Below, in pieces: positions 1 through 7,353 of a stretch of 32,000 nucleotides of DNA. Source of the DNA: an uncultured Chloroflexia bacterium (lineage in GTDB: Bacteria > Chloroflexota > Anaerolineae > Anaerolineales > Anaerolineaceae); contig OY969938.1 in NCBI GenBank assembly GCA_963704755.1, positions 1,770,001 through 1,802,000 on the forward strand, read 5' to 3'. A model generated the notes under the pieces. That model did no database searches and had not been told where the DNA came from. It worked only from the letters and a program-made list of their open reading frames with translations. The number at the start of each line of letters is the position of its first letter. Within the stretch, counting starts at the first letter, position 1. Position numbers and translations under genes: made by a program.

Positions 1-69
1 GGTTGCTCACCTGAGGTTAGCGTCTATCCGCAAGTTTTTACGGGTAGGTTTTTATAATATCAGGTGGCT

Positions 70-97
70 GTTACAGGGCAGTTACAAAAGAGTTACA
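70..97 (-). repeat. Three hexamer direct repeats (GTTACA on +, TGTAAC on -) with exact 11-bp phasing; candidate SARP/BTAD-type activator site
   Basis: GTTACA occurs at 70-75, 81-86 and 92-97. On the - strand the last repeat is followed after 10 nt by TATTAT (59-54). The block starts 7 nt past the stop codon (105-107) of the BTAD regulator gene. Confidence 0.45.
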
Positions 98-104
98 AAT
101 AGGA

Positions 105-3100
105 TCAATTTACCAGAGTGAGCATTTGGTGCAGCCGCTGGATGCTCACAGAAGGTTCGATACCCAATTCGTCCTCTAAAATCGTTTTGAAATGCTGGTA
201 CGTAGCTTCGGCCTGGGGAAGGTTCCCTTGCGCGGTATGGACCTGCATCATTATTCCATAGGCCGGCTCACAAAACCTGTCACGGCGGAGGGCGCCGGTG
301 CATACGGCCAGAGCTTCATTCCATTGTTGGGCTTGAAGGTAGGCGCGGGCCAGGCGTTCGGCCAGGTTCAAATATTGCTGGCGATAATTGCCCCGTTCGA
401 TGGACGACCAGTCGCAATACAGGCAGTCCGGAAGGTAATCTTCCTCGTATAGATTGAGGGCTGCCTGCATTTTCTCCGGATTATCCAGAGCGGCCATCTG
501 CGAAAAAACTTCGCCATCCGTCACGATACTTGCCTGTGGATTGATCCCATAAGCATTGCCCTGGCGAATGATAAAGTAAGGTTTTAAATTTCGCGGGCGG
601 GTGGGTTCGATTGCGCGGTTTAGTGCATTCAAAGCCACTTTAAAATCGCTTAATGCACTTTCAGGGGTTGATTCAGGCCAGAGCATATCCATAATTTGCT
701 CGCGCAGCAGCCATTGACCGCGCGATGTAATCAGTAGCTGGAATAGCTGCCTGGCCTTTTCCCTCTGCCATTCGCGCGACGTGACCAGATCATCCCCCCG
801 CCAGAGATTGAAAGGCCCAAGGGTTCGCACCCATAACGTGTAGCCGGGATGGAACTCGAGGCCGGCTTTGCCTGCCCTGGAAAGCAGTTTGAGCACAAAT
901 TCACGCTGGATACCCTGGCGATAGGCTTCCATCAAAAGAGGAATCGCGGCCTGGTCATCTTTTAAACCCGCATGGGTAGGCTTGATCAGCAAGGAATCAT
1001 AGCCATTTTCAGCGACCACCCCTAACAGGGCGGAGAGGTGCTGGAGGGCGCTCTCGACCTGCCCGCTCCACCAGGCATTCAAGCTCAACCACAGCTTGGC
1101 CGCTGACCAGGCGTACGTATCCTGCACCTTCACCAATCCTTCGGCCGCCTCGTTCAACCAGCGAGCCGCAACCTGCGGGCGCTGGCTCATGGCGTAAGAG
1201 GCCCCCATGATGATCCGGACGTAGTGGCCAAACCATTCGTCGCCGGCGGAGGTGGCCAGTTCAATGGCATTGACGGCGTGCCCTTCCGCAACTTCCAGGT
1301 CACCCGCATATCCATAGGCTCTGCATAACCCCCACAGCGGTTCCAATCCTACGCGGGCGACCTTGAATGGGCGGATTTTGCCCATAACGCTTTCGTAACA
1401 ATCGATCGCTGCCTGGCGCTGGTCCCCGCCCCAGGGAGAAAAGCTGCCCAGTTGCAGGGCATGCCCCAGCCGCATAAAGCCAACCGCTTCGACATACGTG
1501 GATTGCATATTTTGCCCGATCGCGATCCCTTCGCGGGCATATCGTTCCGCATCCGCTTGATTGCCCTGCAATACACACACCAGGGATAAAAGCAGTTCCT
1601 TTTCGCGATGAAAATGAACCTCGCGGTTCTGGCCCAGGAGTTGTTCGTCCAGCTTGTAGCTCTCGAGCAGCCGTTGAGATTCGGCCAGTTTACCCGTACG
1701 CAAAAGAATGCGCGTTTCGAGGTAAATATCGGCCGATTTGGCCTCACCGTGCAGCCGCAGCGATTCGCGATGCAGCTCCTTGGCCTGGTCCGGCATGCCG
1801 GCATTGAGCTTATTCTCCGCCAGCATTTCCAGCAGGTCGGCAGTCTCTTGGGCATAAGCAGCCGGGTCAAGCAGGTCGAGCGCCTCGGCGAGTAATGGAA
1901 CCGCCTGCAGCGGGCGGACGGTATCCAGGTATACCTGCGCCTGTCCGCTGATCGCCTGGCTCTGGCCCAGGTTATTGGCTTCATCCTGGTACAGGCCAAG
2001 CGCCAATTGATAGTGCTGGAGGGCGGTTTCGAAGCGGGCCTTCTGGCGGCACACATCCCCGTAAAGCAGTTCCAGAAAAGGGCGGCTCGCGCGTAATTCG
2101 GCCGGGGTATGTTCCAGCCAATAGTTCAGGCTGTCCAGACGGCCGGCCAGCAGCAAGTTGCCGCCGATCTTTTCGATCAAGTCCGCCGCCTGCACGTAAT
2201 CGCCTGCCCCAAACAAATGATGAAGATTTTCTTCGGGTTGGTTAGCCCGGTCATAGTATTGGGCCGCCCGGCGATGCATGGCCTTTTTTTGCTGCGGGTC
2301 TTTACCGGCCAGGTTGAGCAAAAAATCATGGAACAAGCGCTGGTACCGGTAGGTTCGCTCCCCGACCAGGTCGACGAACAGGCCAATTTCGTGAAGGTAC
2401 TTTAATGTCTTTTGTGAATCTTGCGTCTCGAGCAGCGCGTCGCAAGAGGGACCATCCATCTGGCGCAATATGGATGTGGTGATCAAAAAGCGCTGAATAT
2501 CCGCGGTCTGCCGTGCCAGGACCTCGGGCGCCAGGTAGTCGAACAGGTGATCGAAAGTGGTTGGGGGCTTGAGGAGGGCCGTCTCCAGGCCTGGGATGAT
2601 CCCGGATTGAAGGCTTTGCCAGATCATCTGTAAGGCAATGGTCCACCCTTCAGTCTCCGCCGCCAGCAGTTCCGCCTGTTGAGTGGTGATGGGGTAATGA
2701 TACTTTTCGTTGAAAAGGACTTCGATCTCTTCCGCGGTGAAGGCCAGGTCGCTCACACCGATCGTATTCAACTTTCCTTTTACCCGCCAGCGGTTGATAT
2801 CCGGGAATTCGGGCATGTAACGGGTAGAAAGGACGATGTGAAGATGGGGTGGGCAATAATCGACCAGCTTTTTGGTCAATTCGATGATGTCGTTATTCTT
2901 CGAGACGAGGTGGTAATCGTCCAGAACCAGAATGGTTTCCGCGGAAATCGCGCCGGTCAGCGCATTGAGCAAGGGGATCAGCACGGCCGGGGTAACCTGG
3001 CCGCCGTTCGAACTCGAGCGCGTCGAGGGCTTTTTCGCCGTATTGGCCAAAGACCGAGAGCAGGTGAACCAGGAAAACCAACGGATCCCGGTCGGGGTCG

Positions 3101-3309
3101 GTGATGGTGTACCAATAGATTTGCTGCCCCGTCAGCGCCAGCGATGCCAGCGTGGTGCTTTTGCCATACCCGGTGGCGGCGTTGACGATGGTCAGCGGGT
3201 AATCCAGGATCGTGGATAGGAGAGATTCGAGACGCGGCCGATGTAAAAGGTCACTTCGCAGGCGCGGCGGATACAATTGGCTTTGGATAACTAAATCCTG
3301 TAGACTCAT
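105..3309 (-). pseudogene. STAND-type transcriptional regulator (MalT-like P-loop ATPase, TPR-like repeats, C-terminal wHTH plus BTAD), interrupted by an apparent frameshift
   Basis: ORF 2893..3309 carries Walker A (NAATGYGKSTT). ORF 105..3050 continues with Walker B (ILVLDDYH), a long helical-repeat region, a C-terminal OmpR/SARP-like wHTH (LWVRTLGPF...WQREKARQLF) and a BTAD-like tail (YEEDYLPD...AYGIMMQVHTAQGN...DELGIEPS). The two frames overlap at 2893-3050, and the shift is probably near 2990-3015. Confidence 0.8.
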
Positions 3310-3513
3310 CGGGGGGTCATTCGTAAAAGAACAGTGGACACAGCGTCGGGCTCATGCAATGCCAGCAGATGATTTTAATTTTACTGTGTTTCGAAAAATT
3401 AAGAGCCGGGCCGCCGCCCAATTTCAGCGGCCTGTGTGCTGAAAAGGACGCATTTCGTCGATTCCTTCCCGGCCAAGCCGGAGGGGGTTTCGGAAGATCA
3501 AGGGGAAGAGGGG

Positions 3514-3563
3514 CTGAAACGAAAAAAAGCTGCTCCATCCGGAGCAGCTTTTTTTCGTTTCAG
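3514..3563. terminator. Bidirectional intrinsic terminator
   Basis: Perfect 23-bp inverted repeat (ctgaaacgaaaaaaagctgctcc / ggagcagctttttttcgtttcag) with the 4-nt loop atcc. The GC-rich core gctgctcc/ggagcagc is flanked by A7 on the left and T7 on the right. It sits between the higA 3' end and the regulator promoter region. Confidence 0.7.
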
Positions 3564-3591
3564 AAGTGGCTGGCCAATCCAACCAAAAAAC

Positions 3592-3894
3592 TTATCCAAC
3601 CTGTTCTAGTGGGCGAACTTCCCGGCTCAAGCGAGGACCCAGGGCATCTTCGGCAACGTCCAGATCGTATTGGCCTTGCAGTCCCAACCAGAATTGGGGC
3701 GAATTGCCAAAGAAGCGGCCCAGGCGCAGAGCGGTATCCGCGCTGATGCTGCGTTTGCCCAACACGATTTCGTTGATACGGCGCGCATTCACGCCGATGT
3801 GGATCGCCAGGCGATTCTAGCTCAGCTTCAGCGGCTTGAGGAATTCTTCCAATAACACTTCCCCAGGGTGGATCGGGGCAAGTTTATCCGTCAT
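3592..3894 (-). pseudogene. higA: HigA/VapI-type XRE-HTH antitoxin with an in-frame TAG
   Basis: Translation from ATG 3894 gives MTDKLAPIHPGEVLLEEFLKPLKLS*NRLAIHIGVNARRINEIVLGKRSISADTALRLGRFFGNSPQFWLGLQ... The stop is TAG at 3817-3819. From memory of the family (..GISQNRLA..) a Gln is expected at that position, so this would be a single CAG to TAG change. Confidence 0.8.
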
Positions 3895-3908
3895 GGTTTT
3901 GCAGCTTT

Positions 3909-4004
3909 CTAGTGGATCATTCTCAATTTCCGGGGCAGCTTGCACGATGGTTGGCATCGATAAATCTTCTCGGTCTCGGCATCATTGAAGGTCTTGATCA
4001 CCAT
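3909..4004 (-). pseudogene. higB: Truncated HigB/RelE-type toxin remnant (31 codons)
   Basis: Translation from ATG 4004 gives MVIKTFNDAETEKIYRCQPSCKLPRKLRMIH*. This resembles only the N-terminal third of HigB-like killer proteins (..IKSF.d.etEKif....klP..). It lies 14 nt upstream of higA in the usual higB-higA order. TTGACG and TATATA boxes sit just upstream. Confidence 0.5.
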
Positions 4005-4176
4005 ACTAGTATATAACGCATCACGCTAAACGTCAAACGATAAGATTTTTTAGCTCGAATGCATCTTCCTCTCCACCACCCGCTAAGAGAACGAAGTTGA
4101 GGCGACTATCAAAGCCGTCTTGCGGAGGTTTCGGTTGGTTAATGGGAAGATAAGGTAAAAAGTTGAAATATAAAGA

Positions 4177-4213
4177 GCTGCTCAGGATAACTATTTTGAG
4201 CAGCCCTTTTTAT
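4177..4213. terminator. Hairpin with T-rich tail at the left edge of the island
   Basis: 8-bp stem gctgctca (4177-4184) / tgagcagc (4197-4204), 12-nt loop, followed by cctttttatttc. Confidence 0.4.
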
Positions 4214-4337
4214 TTCAACTTTAATTTATGGATCCAATCACTAAACAGAGAGAGCATAGATTTGTCAAAAATTATTTGATAAGGAGACGTGGAACCTTGC
4301 AAATTGAAGTAAGTGACAATGTTCAAGCCAAGGCAAA

Positions 4338-4478
4338 AAAATCCTTTAAAGCAGTATCGCGTTTCATTTATCTCTAAAAAAATTTTTTTTCTTCGAAGGA
4401 AGGAAACGCTACGCCAAGCAATAATCTTTTTCAATACATTGGGTTGGGTCTTAGTATCAAAATCCGTTAAAGCAGTAT
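4338..4478 (+). repeat. Pair of 20-bp direct repeats (19/20 identical) 121 bp apart, upstream of the island operon
   Basis: aaaatcctttaaagcagtat at 4338-4357 and aaaatccgttaaagcagtat at 4459-4478. The flanking sequences are unrelated. Confidence 0.8.
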
Positions 4479-4631
4479 ATAATAATTAATAATATAACCA
4501 GTTATAGATTAGTGGGATATTTACTGGTAAGGCGATTCCAACCAATAAATTCTGTTTTAGTTAAATGCTTTTTTAATATAAGAGCATTCTAAAGGTCGGC
4601 TTTTTTCATATCAGCAAGGAAGGTAAAGTAA

Positions 4632-5347
4632 ATGAAAAATGTAAAACAATCAATACATATGACACGTCTTGAATGCTTAACCTCAGAAATGGTGAAAGAG
4701 TTTTTTCAGCAGATATCAAACTTAAAATATTCTGAAGCAACAGGATTCGGATTTGATAAAGTTGTTTTCGATGGAGACTTTTTGTCAGCATCTCTTTAAA
4801 GAGAACGCCTACATTTATTACTCAATATGACGCTGAGAATGGGCAGCTTATTCAACAACAGTTTTATGTTTTTACTGAGATAAATTGGGAAATTGATGTT
4901 GAAAATGGAATTCTTCAAGTGTTTGGGCCAGTAAGGAATACTCGAAAGCTGCTATCTCTAATTACGGCATATCTAAATCCAAAAATCCAGATAAGTAATT
5001 TAGAACTTAATCCAAGTATTTTGATTCCAATTTTGGTTGATAAATCTCTATTGATCGAAATCCAAAAGCTTACAGTGAATCTATTCGAATATAAAAAGGG
5101 GATTATTGGCCGCTATGAAATGAAAGTTTTGCAACCCGAACTGGCTAGGGAAATCATTGATCAATATTCAGAGGAAATATCGAAAGCTAAAATTCTTGTG
5201 AATTTTCCTGAGATCGGGTTAATATCGATGGCGTTTACAGCAGAAGGGCACATTGAAATATCCTGTACCGAAGATGACATAAACGTAATACTTTCTATTA
5301 TCAAAACAATAGTATTAAATCCTACAACAGGAGATCAAAATGCCTGA
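4632..5347 (+). pseudogene. Island ORF1, hypothetical protein of about 238 aa, interrupted by an apparent 1-nt frameshift near 4794-4798
   Basis: SD AAGGAAGG (4616-4623) precedes ATG 4632. Frame 0 reads MKNVKQSIHMTRLECLTSEMVKEFFQQISNLKYSEATGFGFDKVVFDGDFLSASL and stops at TAA 4797-4799. The -1 frame is already open from 4760 and runs stop-free to TGA 5345-5347 (..KRTPTFITQYDAENGQLIQQQFYVFTEINWEIDVENGILQVFGPVRN..). That frame has no ATG, GTG or TTG before 4919. Confidence 0.6.
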
Positions 5348-6272
5348 AGATCAAGGTGTAAACGGTGATCGTTGGACAAATGAAGCGTCAAGATTTTTAG
5401 TAAGATTAAATTGGGAAAAAGTTGCTGATAGTAACATAGATATCCCAGGAGTTGATGGACGTGAGCATGGGATCGATGCTATGTTTACATACAAGCTGTT
5501 GCCTAACGATGAGAGCGAAGGGGTTTTTCTAGAGGCAAAAAACTATAGCAAAGATTCTTTCAAAATAGGTATGCTTCAGGATTGGGTGAATGTTATAAAC
5601 CAAAAAATTTTGGATATTAAAAGATCTGAAGAATTCTATAAAAAATATCCTGCATTTATTAATGGTGTTAAAGTTAGGAATGGTTTATTAGCAATATGGA
5701 TAAACGACTTGGATAACGACAAAGCTTTCAGAGAAAAATTTACAAAAGCGCTCGTTTCAATTAGTGTACCGCGTGGCCGTCTGGGACGTATAAACCGGCT
5801 ATTTATACTCACTAATGATAACATTTTGCGACTTTGTTCTTTAATCGATACAATAGGAAAGCTGAAATCTACTGATCAGTCACAAGATAACGAATATTAT
5901 TTTTGGTACCCAGCCACCAATAGAACATCGGCTATCTATTCGAATGTGCTGAATCTTGAATATATGTACTCAAAGTTTGTCTTTGTGAAAGTAGGCTCAA
6001 AAGGGCTTCGGCCCAGTGATAGAAATGTTGTTTGCTATTTCGGCGCTAGAGATGTCCAAAGTTATTCGAAATTACGAGATGCAATGCTCTTATATCAGTT
6101 TGTTAGCAATAACAACCAATTAACAATATATAGTTATCAAGATGATAAAGATTTTAGAAAAATAAAACCCGATGTTGAAAAACTTTTCACAGACATCGGA
6201 AGCCAAAAAGTCGATTTTTGTGAAATGAATGCCTTTTCTCGATTACCTGGGTGGATTAAAGATGAGCATTGA
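5340..6272 (+). CDS. Island ORF2: N-terminal Mrr-like PD-(D/E)xK nuclease domain plus unknown C-terminal domain (310 aa)
   Basis: A strong SD AGGAG (5329-5333) precedes the ATG, which overlaps the ORF1 stop (ATGCCTGA). The motif is E15 ... HGID46AMF ... 18 aa ... VFLE65AK67NY. The later segments GLLAIWINDLDNDKAF and RLFILTNDNILRLCSLI resemble the distal part of Mrr_cat-type domains. No Walker motif is present. Confidence 0.75.
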   Translation: MPEDQGVNGDRWTNEASRFLVRLNWEKVADSNIDIPGVDGREHGIDAMFTYKLLPNDESEGVFLEAKNYSKDSFKIGMLQDWVNVINQKILDIKRSEEFYKKYPAFINGVKVRNGLLAIWINDLDNDKAFREKFTKALVSISVPRGRLGRINRLFILTNDNILRLCSLIDTIGKLKSTDQSQDNEYYFWYPATNRTSAIYSNVLNLEYMYSKFVFVKVGSKGLRPSDRNVVCYFGARDVQSYSKLRDAMLLYQFVSNNNQLTIYSYQDDKDFRKIKPDVEKLFTDIGSQKVDFCEMNAFSRLPGWIKDEH

Positions 6273-7023
6273 TAAAGAAACTACCGAACATATCAATTAT
6301 CCCAACCGATATGAATTAAATCTGTCTTTGGCAGAATTTTGTTCCAGAGATTTTGTGGATCATTTTGCCCAAGGAAAAGGTATTTTCATTGCTAATGCTA
6401 CAACGAAAGAAATTAGTGCCTTTTTATCGAATATATTTTATGAATATGGTGATATAGAAGACATACATTCGGCTGCCCTTCATATTTCCGAAAACAGAAG
6501 TCTTTCAGGTTTCTGGGCTGAAGAAATCGAAAAAGGCATAGGATTAGTAAACGAATTGGAGGCTTCTGTAGGGAATATCGTAGATGAAAGATCGCAAATG
6601 AGATTGGGAGCGATTATTGAAAAGAAGGGATTAGGAGAACAAATTTATTGTAGCCATGTAGGCTATACTCAAAAACAACCTGGACGAGTTGAGTTTTTAA
6701 GTGAAATTCCAAGGGAGTTTGAGTTTTATATTAAACAACTAGATGAGAATAAGTGGGAAATCCTTGTAGACGGAAACCGAGCACAAGATACTCAAACTTT
6801 GGCAGATTGGTTTGAAGGCAAAGCAAGAAAGAATTATCGATTAGTAACAATTGATCAAGCTCTATTTAGTAAAGAAATACAAACAATTCAATTTTTTGAT
6901 GAGTTATCAAAGTCCGGAATGCAAGACGACTGGAGATTTTCACAAGTTAGACGAATTACTTTAAGGAAACCGCCAAAGAATGCAGATGACGAAGAGGAGA
7001 TCGAAGAGGCAACTCAGACTTAG
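6262..7023 (+). CDS. Island ORF3, hypothetical protein (253 aa from ATG 6262; alternative ATG at 6229)
   Basis: ATG 6262 is preceded by GGTGGA and overlaps the ORF2 stop by 11 nt. It has an acidic C-terminal tail (NADDEEEIEEATQT) and ends at TAG 7021-7023. I see no recognisable motif. Confidence 0.65.
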   Translation: MSIDKETTEHINYPNRYELNLSLAEFCSRDFVDHFAQGKGIFIANATTKEISAFLSNIFYEYGDIEDIHSAALHISENRSLSGFWAEEIEKGIGLVNELEASVGNIVDERSQMRLGAIIEKKGLGEQIYCSHVGYTQKQPGRVEFLSEIPREFEFYIKQLDENKWEILVDGNRAQDTQTLADWFEGKARKNYRLVTIDQALFSKEIQTIQFFDELSKSGMQDDWRFSQVRRITLRKPPKNADDEEEIEEATQT

Positions 7024-7353
7024 TTGTCCGGTATCAGCCAGGCTATATTAGAGGGCAGCGACTTACGCAGGAACCCTTTTGTAAAGTCTTGCGAAGAAGG
7101 CGGTTATCGCTTTACAGCCATGACCTATGAGTACGAGAATATAAAAGAGCCTTATTTGATTTTATTACGTGCAGAATTTAAAGGAAAACCAAAATTATTT
7201 GAGATAGCACTTGAGAAAACTTACAAAAAAGAAGGAATAAACGCGAAACCTGTAGATTATCATATGCCTAAAGAACAAGAAATAAAAATATTGTCATATT
7301 TCTACACTCAAGCAAGAAAGGTGTTCGACAAAATTGCAGTTGGCCTCCCATGA
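7024..7353 (+). CDS. Island ORF4, hypothetical (109 codons), in the same frame as ORF3 and separated from it only by TAG
   Basis: The frame continues directly after TAG 7021-7023 (LSGISQAILEGSDLRRNPFVK...). The only start adjacent to the stop is TTG 7024, with a poorly spaced SD. The first ATG is 31 codons in. Confidence 0.5.
   Translation: MSGISQAILEGSDLRRNPFVKSCEEGGYRFTAMTYEYENIKEPYLILLRAEFKGKPKLFEIALEKTYKKEGINAKPVDYHMPKEQEIKILSYFYTQARKVFDKIAVGLP

Noticed and set aside
105-3309. The STAND ATPase as an Avs/NLR-like antiviral sensor because of its position next to the island.
   Set aside because: Its output module is a wHTH-BTAD DNA-binding domain rather than a nuclease, protease or TIR effector, and a matching phased repeat site lies next to it. 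A transcriptional regulator fits better.
4228-4377. 49-codon + strand ORF (MDPITKQREHRFVKNYLI...) with a faint resemblance to the N-terminus of small terminase subunits (KQ..F...YL).
   Set aside because: It has no ribosome-binding site, it is very short, and the motif is too generic to support a call.
4210-4434. 74-aa ORF on the - strand at the left side of the island.
   Set aside because: It has a TTG start without an SD. The product is low-complexity and partly encoded by an A7T8 tract. It is most likely a chance ORF in AT-rich DNA.
4791-4801. Programmed -1 ribosomal frameshift joining the two halves of island ORF1.
   Set aside because: The zero-frame codons TCT CTT TAA do not form an X XXY YYZ slippery heptamer, and I see no obvious downstream stimulatory structure. 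A 1-nt indel in the T run explains the data.
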